Counted from the first letter of the stretch, positions 9,098 through 17,141 are shown. The stretch: DNA of 59,573 nt from a virus (IMGVR_UViG_3300026125_000003:1-59573); one strand, 5' to 3'. Made by a program: numbers and translations. The notes: a model not told the origin generated them from the sequence alone.

Positions 9098-10306
9098 ATG
9101 GCTAATAAAATTGTAAAATCGTTCGGACCATACGCTGTCCTCATTGACGAGAAAGGCGTAGAGCAAGAACTATTTGAAGGGATGGAAGTATATCCAACCG
9201 ATACTGTAATTGGTGACGTTGAATACGAAGAAGTTCCGGAAGAAGTCGATGCCGAGGTTGCGGCTTTACAAGAAGCCATTCTTGCTGGTATCGATCCGAC
9301 TGAAGTAACAGAACCAACTGCCGCAGGGGCACCAGCAGCAGGGGAAGGCGTTCAGGATAGCGGTGGATCTAGCTTCGTTACCCTTGATAGGACAAACGGT
9401 GAAATAGATCCATACGCAGGATATGAAACAACGACCTTCTCTAGTGAGTTTGATAACCCAGAGGAACAGCCTCCTTTGACCATTGCCTTAGAGGAAGTTG
9501 ATACCATACCTCTACCAGTTGAAGATGAGCCAACGATATCAATTACTCCTAAAGATGAAGAACCTCCTGTTGTTCCTGACGAGCCAGTTGATGAGCCTGA
9601 ACCAGAAGAGGAACCTCCTGTTGTAGAACCTGAGGAGGAACCTGAGGATGAGGACGAAGATGATCCAGTTGATCCGCCAGTCGTTGATCCTGAACCTGAA
9701 GACGAAGAAGATGATTCAACTGGTCAGAATCCTGGTAATGATAAGGATGTAGGCAACAGCCCTCACGATGGTAATAAAGGGAACTCTAACGACGATGAGT
9801 CTCCGCTTGATAATAAAGAGGATAAAGGCGATGAACAAAGCGATAACCCTGAAGACGAATCTAGCGAAGATGAGCCTAAAGAACCCGAATCTCCTGAGGA
9901 TGGAGATGGAAGCGAAGTGGGTGAAGACAACAATTCAGAAGAGGATATTCCTGACACTTCGACTGGCCAAAATCCAGGAAATGATAAGAACGTAGGCAAC
10001 AGTAAGTTTGATGGCAACAAAGGAGCCAGTAACGACGATGAAGGTCCAAGAGATACGGATAGCACTGATAGTGATAGTAGCGGAGATGACGATGTTCTAT
10101 CTCCATCTGACCTCTTAGACGATGAAGAAACCCTCGACGACCTACTCCCGAAAGGTAAGGATAAAGAAGACAATCCTAACAAGGGTAAAGACAATGGTTG
10201 GGGTAATGGCGACGATGAAGCTCCAGGCGGAAGCCTAGATCACAACAACGCTGAAAACAACCTAGATGGATTATTGAGCCCAACTGAACAATATTATGAC
10301 AACTGA
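9098..10306 (+). CDS. LapA-type retention-module-containing acidic protein (mini T1SS-adhesin-like)
   Basis: VAALQEAILAGIDPTEVTEPTAAG...GGSSFVTLDRT..EIDP.AGYET N-terminal module; Asp/Glu/Pro linker; 2x TGQNPGNDKxVGNSxxDGNKG; NGWGNGDDEAPGGSLDHNNAEN. Confidence 0.75.
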   Translation: MANKIVKSFGPYAVLIDEKGVEQELFEGMEVYPTDTVIGDVEYEEVPEEVDAEVAALQEAILAGIDPTEVTEPTAAGAPAAGEGVQDSGGSSFVTLDRTNGEIDPYAGYETTTFSSEFDNPEEQPPLTIALEEVDTIPLPVEDEPTISITPKDEEPPVVPDEPVDEPEPEEEPPVVEPEEEPEDEDEDDPVDPPVVDPEPEDEEDDSTGQNPGNDKDVGNSPHDGNKGNSNDDESPLDNKEDKGDEQSDNPEDESSEDEPKEPESPEDGDGSEVGEDNNSEEDIPDTSTGQNPGNDKNVGNSKFDGNKGASNDDEGPRDTDSTDSDSSGDDDVLSPSDLLDDEETLDDLLPKGKDKEDNPNKGKDNGWGNGDDEAPGGSLDHNNAENNLDGLLSPTEQYYDN

Positions 10307-10445
10307 GAAAGAAGAATATACTGGACCAGAAAGGCGGAGGCGGTCTACAGAAGTAGATCGTCGTCACCCTGTTGATAGGCGCAAAAGGGTTACTCTGTTC
10401 CCCGACCGCAGAAAAGGACCAGGAAGACGCCATTACGATAAATAA
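10296..10445 (+). CDS. 49-aa Arg-rich peptide with YTGPERR and DRR repeats (candidate c-di-GMP binder), not in ORF track
   Basis: Hand translation MTTEKEEYTGPERRRRSTEVDRRHPVDRRKRVTLFPDRRKGPGRRHYDK; overlaps the upstream gene by 11 nt and fills the gap to the next promoter. Confidence 0.65.
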   Translation: MTTEKEEYTGPERRRRSTEVDRRHPVDRRKRVTLFPDRRKGPGRRHYDK

Positions 10446-10457
10446 TTTTTAAAAAGC

Positions 10458-10486
10458 TTTACTTTTGAATTTCAATCAACTATAAT
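10458..10486 (+). promoter_or_regulatory. early promoter
   Basis: TTTACT-17-TATAAT. Confidence 0.85.
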
Positions 10487-10513
10487 TAGGGTATTGAAAT
10501 TGAGGATTATATT

Positions 10514-10690
10514 ATGCAAAAGCTACTTGAGACCACCGGAACTTTAGACGGATTCCGTTACCCATCAAACGTCTACTACCTAGACGAAGCGGGTAAGCTC
10601 GTTGGGTTTTTAAATGAGAAAGGCGAGGAGAAGTTATTCACCAAACCTATGATGTTTGATAAGCGTGGGCGCAAGTTCAAGAAAGTTTAA
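10514..10690 (+). CDS. early hypothetical protein (58 aa, ...FTKPMMFDKRGRKFKKV), not in ORF track
   Basis: GAGGA RBS, first ORF after the promoter; hand-translated. Confidence 0.7.
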   Translation: MQKLLETTGTLDGFRYPSNVYYLDEAGKLVGFLNEKGEEKLFTKPMMFDKRGRKFKKV

Positions 10691-10706
10691 TATTCATGGA
10701 GAGATT

Positions 10707-10877
10707 ATGAGTTGGGAATACGATTCTGGAGGTCACAAAAAAGACCAAAAGAAATATTCAGAGAACTACGAAAAGATATTTAACGTAGAATGGCCATGCC
10801 CAGAATGCGGTGGCTCTAGAGTGACAGGTCATCAGGGAGACTGTTCTAGGCATTGGCGAAACAAAAAAGGTACTTAA
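10707..10877 (+). CDS. small protein with CPEC...HxxxC Zn-ribbon-like motif
   Basis: GGAGAG RBS before ATG 10707; YSENYEKIF..WPCPECGG. Confidence 0.6.
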   Translation: MSWEYDSGGHKKDQKKYSENYEKIFNVEWPCPECGGSRVTGHQGDCSRHWRNKKGT

Positions 10878-11189
10878 ATGGAAAAGTCAACGGTCACTTA
10901 TTACGGTGAAAACCCTGTAATACATCTTCCAGAAAAACTTACAATGGCAAACTCTGCCCTTGTTAAAAAGCAGATAGCTTTACTTGGTAATGGAACCGAA
11001 TTGGTGGTGGTTGACTTAGCTGGAACGAATTTGGTGGATTCGTCTGGATTATCTGTACTAGTAGCGAATAAGGACGTTATTAAATGTTTGCTTTCGCCGA
11101 ACGTTAACGTGTTATCATTACTTGAATTGACTCGATTACACGAAATCTTTATTATTGTTAATAGCATTAAAGGGGCGTTGGATTTATAA
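10878..11189 (+). CDS. STAS-domain anti-sigma factor antagonist (SpoIIAA/RsbV-like)
   Basis: VVVDLAGTNLVDSSGLSVLV (phospho-Ser motif DSSGL) and LLELTRLHEIFII. Confidence 0.85.
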   Translation: MEKSTVTYYGENPVIHLPEKLTMANSALVKKQIALLGNGTELVVVDLAGTNLVDSSGLSVLVANKDVIKCLLSPNVNVLSLLELTRLHEIFIIVNSIKGALDL

Positions 11190-12028
11190 TGAAACTTATT
11201 GATTTTAGGGACTCTGTTTGGGGTGGTATCGTTGCCGATGCTTATGGTGCTGCCTTTGAATTTAAAGCCCCGCACCAAATACCTAAATTAGATTCTCTAG
11301 AGCAAATTAAGAGAACTCAAGTCAAGAACGTTTTCGGTCATGAGGTCGGGCAGTTCACTGACGACGGTATTCTTATGCTTTGCGCCATGAAGTCGTTCAT
11401 TGAAAGTAAAAAGTTTGAACGCAACTCTCAGATGAAACACATCGGCGACTATCTTGTCCGTGGTGTATTTACTCCGGATGGACGTTGCTTCGACGTTGGT
11501 ATGGCTACAAGCCAAGCATACAATATGTGGGAATACGGTGGTACTTATAACCCTCCGTACAACTCTGGGGGTAACGGTGTTCTTATGCGTTTGGCTCCAT
11601 ACGCATTTTGGTCTCTTCATAACGTAGCTGGCGAGGATAAAGCGGATTACTACGATAGCGTCACGACATTAACTCATGGCGGTATAGCTAACGACACCAC
11701 ATACAAGATGGGAATAATGCTCGAGTGCCTTTGGTCCGGAACTTTTAATTTCGAAGATATTGAGAATTTCCGTACCATGTCCGACGACCGAACTTCATCA
11801 GGATTCTGTGAGGGTTCTTGGAATATCGCTCTTGATATATTTGAAAAAGGTGAATCGTACGAACGTTCTGTTCTCGACGCTATTGCTAAAGGGTATGATA
11901 CAGACACAAACGCTTGTATAGTCGGGCAGCTAATTGGCACTGATATAGTACCAAGTTGTATACCTTATAAATATGAAATAGAGAACATTATTCAGGAATT
12001 TAAGGATGTCTGTACAGCAACTAATTGA
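11189..12028 (+). CDS. ADP-ribosylglycohydrolase (DraG/ARH family)
   Basis: G..ADAYGAAFEF, GQFTDDG, FDVGMAT, GNGVLMRLAP, TH, GYDTDTNACIVGQLIG. Confidence 0.9.
   Translation: MKLIDFRDSVWGGIVADAYGAAFEFKAPHQIPKLDSLEQIKRTQVKNVFGHEVGQFTDDGILMLCAMKSFIESKKFERNSQMKHIGDYLVRGVFTPDGRCFDVGMATSQAYNMWEYGGTYNPPYNSGGNGVLMRLAPYAFWSLHNVAGEDKADYYDSVTTLTHGGIANDTTYKMGIMLECLWSGTFNFEDIENFRTMSDDRTSSGFCEGSWNIALDIFEKGESYERSVLDAIAKGYDTDTNACIVGQLIGTDIVPSCIPYKYEIENIIQEFKDVCTATN
11966..11973 (+). promoter_or_regulatory. late promoter TATAAATA
   Basis: Exact consensus about 32 nt upstream of the ADP-ribosyltransferase start. Confidence 0.7.
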
Positions 12029-13772
12029 GAGCCTTGACCTTCAAAGCGTAAATGCTGCGCCAATGATGAAGGAAAAATGGACACCAACCCTTCAGTATTT
12101 TGGTGGTCATTACGAGAAAAGTGGGAAAGATTATTACTACATTTTCCGCTTTGAAAATAAATGGCATGAGGGTGGCGTAAAGATTGGCAAATATACGTGG
12201 AATATGACGTTCCATGAGATGAACCTTGGTGACCCCAAGAAGTCAACTTCCAAACGTATTTCCAAGATTAGGCACCCTCTTCAGTTTGTTGCTTGTGCGC
12301 TTAAGGCTCTTGAAAAGCACTACAATTACAATACTGTTGTATTTGGTTACATGACGTTCATGCCTCCAAAGGCTCAGAAGGTTACTAACTTCATCGGACG
12401 TGTGGCGAAGCGTTCTTCGGCTCTCCGCATTATGCAGTCTAAGACAATATCCCTTTCTGGAGTTGATGGCGGTAAACTAAACCCGAACGGAAGCATGATT
12501 TTCTTTAACACCAAAGCATTGGAAGCTGAACAAGTTTTCACTGGCGTCATGAAGAAGATCAAGAAGTTTGGTGTGTATAAGCTTGATGATATTGGCGAGA
12601 ACGATATGGCGGTCGCTGCCTTTGTTAATAATAACGAAAAAGCTGCGACCAAAACCCGAGCACTTCGTTTTAATTTCGAAGAGCTATACTACCCAGGAAC
12701 AACAACATCTTATAATAAAGAGTTTCGAGCTCCGCGCGACCATTCTCCGGATAAAATGCCTCCAGCTATGCAGGCTGGTTATGCTCAGTATGAATTCGAT
12801 AAGATGGATATACAGGATGAAGAAGCTAGGGCATATGCTATCTCAAGGTCGGTTTCTGATAATTGGTTGATCGAGGACGAGCTCCACACAGATATTAAAG
12901 ATATGGATCATATCAACGCAATCAAGGCGTTCACTGGTTCACAGTACGGAGATATGCGTAAGATGGTGTTTGGGGCATATTCTGATCCACCGTCAGGTTA
13001 TGATCAACAAACCGTTGACACCGCTATTCAAAATATGAAGCGTCTCGATTCTACGTTTGATAGTATCGGTCACAACCTTGAGTTTTACAAAGGGTATCTC
13101 TTCCGTGGCGTGGATATCAGCGGATACTCTGCTGAACAAGAATGGATTCGCCGTTTCTTGGTTGAGGATAAAACTGCTCTACCGACATATACTTCGTTCA
13201 CCACTCGAGTAGAAATTGCTTGCTCCTTTGGCAATTTCTCCGCAGGGGCAGCCCGTAACTTCTTTGGCGGTGATAAGGATAACTATCGCCAATTTAGTAG
13301 CGGTGCTGATGCCGTTGCTTGGATCGAGAGCCAGAGACCGGATAAAGAGTTGTGGAAAGGTACAACTCTGTCTTATGAAGTTAATTCTATGAATATTATC
13401 ATGTTCAGCCGTCAAGACTTTTCTCAGCTTCAGTGTGTAATACCAGGAGAGATTTCCCAATACGAAACTGAGCGAGAAATTATCCTTTCTCGAGGTACTA
13501 TGATGGAAGCTGTAAATTATTGGTTGTCTTTCTCCGATGATGGGCGGATTACAGGGTTTATTGAATATGATATTGTTGGACCACCTTCTCGCGCACGCAT
13601 GGAAGAGTTTAACTACACTGAGCCAAAAGGGTTCTCTCGCTTTATTGCTGAAGCTAAACGACCTAAGAAAGCGACTAAACCTAAGAAAGAAAAAGATCGT
13701 AAGTACACCAAAGAAGAGTTCGAAGAACTGAAGATAAAATTTGGTTCCAACCCATTCCATTATGATGGATAA
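12006..13772 (+). CDS. Alt-like ADP-ribosyltransferase (R-S-ExE class)
   Basis: C-terminal VIP2-like signature: AIKAFTGSQY, YLFRGV (R), YTSFTT (S), YETEREIILSRG (ExE). Confidence 0.75.
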   Translation: MSVQQLIESLDLQSVNAAPMMKEKWTPTLQYFGGHYEKSGKDYYYIFRFENKWHEGGVKIGKYTWNMTFHEMNLGDPKKSTSKRISKIRHPLQFVACALKALEKHYNYNTVVFGYMTFMPPKAQKVTNFIGRVAKRSSALRIMQSKTISLSGVDGGKLNPNGSMIFFNTKALEAEQVFTGVMKKIKKFGVYKLDDIGENDMAVAAFVNNNEKAATKTRALRFNFEELYYPGTTTSYNKEFRAPRDHSPDKMPPAMQAGYAQYEFDKMDIQDEEARAYAISRSVSDNWLIEDELHTDIKDMDHINAIKAFTGSQYGDMRKMVFGAYSDPPSGYDQQTVDTAIQNMKRLDSTFDSIGHNLEFYKGYLFRGVDISGYSAEQEWIRRFLVEDKTALPTYTSFTTRVEIACSFGNFSAGAARNFFGGDKDNYRQFSSGADAVAWIESQRPDKELWKGTTLSYEVNSMNIIMFSRQDFSQLQCVIPGEISQYETEREIILSRGTMMEAVNYWLSFSDDGRITGFIEYDIVGPPSRARMEEFNYTEPKGFSRFIAEAKRPKKATKPKKEKDRKYTKEEFEELKIKFGSNPFHYDG

Positions 13773-13804
13773 TATCGTTATTCTAAAATGATATAAAATA
13801 AGGG

Positions 13805-13833
13805 TTTACGCCAACACCAAAAGGCTATATAAT
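13805..13833 (+). promoter_or_regulatory. early promoter
   Basis: GTTTACG-17-TATAAT. Confidence 0.75.
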
Positions 13834-13861
13834 TGACCGTAAATTAATGGGAGATTAACGT

Positions 13862-14317
13862 ATGTCTTTTGGTGCTATGGCCACTTTTATTGTCGCTTCA
13901 ACCCTACACACTGGACCTGCCTTAGAGGTTTCTCTTAACGATTATGTGTGTATGGTTGAAGCGATTCATTTTGAAGCGAAAGGAGAAAATTATGAAGGTA
14001 AAGTCGCAGTTGCTAACGTCATTAAAAACCGTGTCGCTCATAGCGGTTTTCCTGGCGACGTGTGTGGTGTGGTAACTCAACGCAGGCAATTCTCATACCG
14101 CGATGACGGTAAACCAACCCTAGTATTGAAGAATAAAATTGAAGAAGAAAGTTTTAAAGAGTCCGCAAGGATTGCTTTACTTGCTGTTAACGATAGTCTT
14201 GCCGACAACACTGGCGGTGCTGACCACTACTATGCCCACAATAAAGTAGAACCGTATTGGAAAGATGCCGCAACTCATTCTAAAGTTCTGGGCAACCACA
14301 CCTTCGTTAGATTATAA
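13862..14317 (+). CDS. SleB-like cell wall hydrolase (Hydrolase_2)
   Basis: CMVEAIHFEAKGE..GKVAVANVIKNRV..FPGDVCGVV.Q..QFS, GADHYY, PYW, GNHTF. Confidence 0.9.
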   Translation: MSFGAMATFIVASTLHTGPALEVSLNDYVCMVEAIHFEAKGENYEGKVAVANVIKNRVAHSGFPGDVCGVVTQRRQFSYRDDGKPTLVLKNKIEEESFKESARIALLAVNDSLADNTGGADHYYAHNKVEPYWKDAATHSKVLGNHTFVRL

Positions 14318-14320
14318 ATA
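14313..14320 (+). promoter_or_regulatory. late promoter TATAAATA
   Basis: Exact consensus upstream of the membrane-protein genes. Confidence 0.7.
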
Positions 14321-14375
14321 TGAGTATTGAATTATAAACATCACATAATGACTAAAACCAAGAAGAGAAAATGTG

Positions 14376-14648
14376 ATGGACGAAAAAGATATTCGAGAAA
14401 GAATTCGTCGATTAGAATCGCGCGAACAAAAAATAGTCGATATGGTGAATACTCTAGAGAAGACTATCGACAGGTTGGGTGTACTGGTTGAAAACATGAA
14501 CGATATCGGTCCTCGGGTAAGAGACCTAGAGATTGATATGATAAACCAAAAAATATTAGGTAAAGCGGTTCAGTGGCTGGGTGTTGCTGTTGGCGGTACA
14601 GCTATCGTGATGGCGCTTACCTACTTGTTCGGGCAGGCACCAGTATGA
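14376..14648 (+). CDS. coiled-coil plus C-terminal TM protein (XhlA/holin-like)
   Basis: ERIRRLESRE coiled coil, then hydrophobic WLGVAVGGTAIVMALTYLF. Confidence 0.55.
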   Translation: MDEKDIRERIRRLESREQKIVDMVNTLEKTIDRLGVLVENMNDIGPRVRDLEIDMINQKILGKAVQWLGVAVGGTAIVMALTYLFGQAPV

Positions 14649-15082
14649 CCGTTTTAGAAGTTGCTCAGTGGTCTATCCTGGTAATCTTCGCCGCTTTAAT
14701 TTTCATAAATACCAAAACCCTCTATATTGCTTATACACAAAAGAAACGAATATTCTTTGACAGCACTGTAGGGGTTACGTTTGTATGGATAAAAGGTTTC
14801 AGTATGCTTTCCTTCGCTATTGGTATTATGTATTCGTACCTTCAAGTTAAATGGATACTTGACGGGCACGGTGAGGAAATAGGTAGCCTTGTTGACTTGA
14901 TGTGGTTGGTAGAAGAATATCTTGTGGCTTTTGCCCTATTATTCGCAAGTTTATTCTTTAGGTCAATATTGGATTGTCGGCACCGTTACCATAGGAGAAG
15001 GGTTGACATGGTAATTAGAGAAGAAAGACAAGGCGCAATATTATACGGTAGAAGGAAAGATGATTATGAGCGAAATGTTTGA
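14645..15082 (+). CDS. 3-TM membrane protein with basic C-terminal tail
   Basis: ATGA coupling at 14645; three hydrophobic segments; tail HRRRVD...YGRRKDD. Confidence 0.65.
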   Translation: MTVLEVAQWSILVIFAALIFINTKTLYIAYTQKKRIFFDSTVGVTFVWIKGFSMLSFAIGIMYSYLQVKWILDGHGEEIGSLVDLMWLVEEYLVAFALLFASLFFRSILDCRHRYHRRRVDMVIREERQGAILYGRRKDDYERNV

Positions 15083-15329
15083 TTTTGGCTTTACTGCCGT
15101 CGACGAAAATGAACTGGAAGCGGTACAGCAAGCGCAAGCGGCAATCACCGAAACTTCTAGCACGGCTGAAGAACTTCAAGAAAGGTTGGATAAACTGTAC
15201 AACGCAGTTCAACCGTTGTTAAATAACCTAAAAGCCAATCCAGAGAAAGAATATATCTATTGGCCAAATAGAACTGATAAAGTCGAACAATTCGAAACAG
15301 TTCTTTATAATCTGTATAAGGGGGAATAA
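15066..15329 (+). CDS. conserved T4-like phage hypothetical protein
   Basis: FDFGFTAVDENEL, PLLNNLKANPEKEYIYWPNR. Confidence 0.75.
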   Translation: MSEMFDFGFTAVDENELEAVQQAQAAITETSSTAEELQERLDKLYNAVQPLLNNLKANPEKEYIYWPNRTDKVEQFETVLYNLYKGE

Positions 15330-15673
15330 TGCTATATTTAAAATTCTATACCAATATGTTTGTTGGTAGAGGGTTTGCCGGAACAACATACGGACCATTT
15401 ATTTTTATCCGCCCAGAGTACAGGGATGACAAAGGTTTACTAGAACATGAGAAGGTTCATGTTAAACAGTTCTGGCGGTCTTTAGGTCTACACGGCATCT
15501 TCTACAATCTGTCGAAGAAATACCGTTTTAAATGTGAGGTTGAGGCATATCGTAAGCAGCTTGAGTATGTTGAATGGGGTGTAGAACCTATTCGCCGCAA
15601 GTTCGCTGAATTTATTGCTAATAAGTATAATTTGAACGTCTCAGTTGATGAGGCATATGAAAAACTGAAGTGA
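15329..15673 (+). CDS. HExxH metallopeptidase-like protein
   Basis: LLEHEKVHVKQ ... EVEAY. Confidence 0.65.
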   Translation: MLYLKFYTNMFVGRGFAGTTYGPFIFIRPEYRDDKGLLEHEKVHVKQFWRSLGLHGIFYNLSKKYRFKCEVEAYRKQLEYVEWGVEPIRRKFAEFIANKYNLNVSVDEAYEKLK

Positions 15674-15681
15674 GGTACACT

Positions 15682-15864
15682 ATGGAACAAAATGAAATTT
15701 ACACGAAGAAAATGCTACGCAAACTTGAAGCGCACCTTAAGGGTAAGCGCACCAAAGTGACTATCCCTAACTGGCGTGCTGATAAAGAGAAAAATCGCCA
15801 GTGGATTACCATGACCGGAATGGAGTTCTGGGGCGATCCAAAAGCCAAGCAATCGACCAAATAA
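15682..15864 (+). CDS. conserved hypothetical protein
   Basis: GAGG RBS; KGKRTKVTIPN..WG motif. Confidence 0.6.
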   Translation: MEQNEIYTKKMLRKLEAHLKGKRTKVTIPNWRADKEKNRQWITMTGMEFWGDPKAKQSTK

Positions 15865-15866
15865 CT

Positions 15867-15891
15867 AAAGGGAGCTTCGGCTCCCTTTTTT
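15867..15891 (+). terminator. intrinsic terminator with UUCG loop
   Basis: AAAGGGAGC-TTCG-GCTCCCTTTTTT. Confidence 0.9.
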
Positions 15892-15916
15892 ATTCCTAAT
15901 CGGTATAATAAAAAGC

Positions 15917-15945
15917 TTTACTTTTGATCAATCAATTGCTATAAT
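15917..15945 (+). promoter_or_regulatory. early promoter
   Basis: TTTACT-17-TATAAT plus ACATGTATAAATTGA leader. Confidence 0.85.
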
Positions 15946-15976
15946 ACATGTATAAATTGAATGAAGGAAATTTGTT

Positions 15977-16279
15977 ATGAATAATGTTAAAGCTGGTGAC
16001 CTGATCAAGTCTTACGATTTCTCTGCTGAACTGCAGCCAGGATGCTACATGGTTGGTCTAGTAAAAGAAATCGAAGCTGGTGGTATCATCGTTTGTGATA
16101 TGATCAAATCTTTCTTTGCTGGTGAGGAATATGCCCACCCTAACAAGGCAGATGGTTTCCGCACGCTGGCTCAGGGTTTGGGGTTCTTTGATGATGAAAG
16201 CACTCGTATCGAAATAATCGCTACAGCCGAAGAGCTTGCCCTAGTAATGTCTGAACTTTGCGATGAGGAGTTCCACTAA
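15977..16279 (+). CDS. early hypothetical protein
   Basis: AAGGA RBS; first ORF after the promoter. Confidence 0.7.
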   Translation: MNNVKAGDLIKSYDFSAELQPGCYMVGLVKEIEAGGIIVCDMIKSFFAGEEYAHPNKADGFRTLAQGLGFFDDESTRIEIIATAEELALVMSELCDEEFH

Positions 16280-16860
16280 TGCGTAGAGATAAAGTAATCC
16301 TGACTGACGTTGATGGCGTCCTTCTTGACTGGCAGTACCACTTTGAACAGTGGATGAATAAACATGAATATGTCCTTGTCAACCCAGACGTGTATTCTAT
16401 CATGGAGGCGTATGACCTGCAGCCCCTCGAGAAGAAACGTTTGACTCGTATGTTCAATGAGTCAGCAACGATTCGCAAGTTGTCTCCGTTACGGGATGCT
16501 GTTAAGTATGTCAAGAAACTACACGAAGAACACGGTTACATCTTTCATGTAATAAGTTCTTTGAGCACCGACGAATATGCCCAGCACCTTCGGACTAAGA
16601 ATCTTCGCGAGTTGTTTGGTAATGGTGTGTTCGATCAGTTTATCTACCTTGATACTGGGGCTGATAAAGATGAAGTTCTTGAGGCGTACAGAGATACCGA
16701 ATGCTACTGGATAGAAGATAAGCCAGAGAATGCTGACGTTGGTTGGGATCTTGGGTTAGACAGTATCCTTATGAGCCACAGCCATAATTCTGACTACAAT
16801 GGTGAAGCCAAAGTGGTCAACAACTGGAAAGAAATATACGATATTATCGTTGGAGAGTAA
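16279..16860 (+). CDS. HAD-family 5'(3')-deoxyribonucleotidase-like protein (T4 30.2-like)
   Basis: ILTDVDGVLLDW, K in DKDEVL, WIEDKPEN. Confidence 0.8.
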   Translation: MRRDKVILTDVDGVLLDWQYHFEQWMNKHEYVLVNPDVYSIMEAYDLQPLEKKRLTRMFNESATIRKLSPLRDAVKYVKKLHEEHGYIFHVISSLSTDEYAQHLRTKNLRELFGNGVFDQFIYLDTGADKDEVLEAYRDTECYWIEDKPENADVGWDLGLDSILMSHSHNSDYNGEAKVVNNWKEIYDIIVGE

Positions 16861-16863
16861 TAC

Positions 16864-17133
16864 ATGACACGATACGAAATGATCAAAGCTGCCGCGAAGA
16901 AAGTTCAGAAAGAGAACTTTAAGTCAAAGATGAAAAAGAAATCTGCTGGCGTGCGGAAGGCAAGCAAAAACGATCTAGAGCGTTATGAACGCGAACAACA
17001 AAAGATTGATAAGGCTCTCGAGAAGTTAAACGACAACACTCATATGTATTGGAACGACGCATCGAGTTACACCAAACAATATTATGGTGATGTGTACCAG
17101 GAAACCACAAAATTCGATAATGAGTGGAACTGA
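16864..17133 (+). CDS. hypothetical protein
   Basis: 89-aa basic/helical ORF with GGAG RBS. Confidence 0.65.
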   Translation: MTRYEMIKAAAKKVQKENFKSKMKKKSAGVRKASKNDLERYEREQQKIDKALEKLNDNTHMYWNDASSYTKQYYGDVYQETTKFDNEWN

Positions 17134-17141
17134 TATAAATA
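17134..17141 (+). promoter_or_regulatory. late promoter TATAAATA
   Basis: Exact consensus about 25 nt before ATG 17167. Confidence 0.7.

Noticed and set aside
13179-13760. Long antisense ORFs (e.g. 13179..13760, 24984..25577, 35978..36628, 53702..54514)
   Set aside because: Shadow frames of well-supported genes on the opposite strand, with no motifs or expression signals
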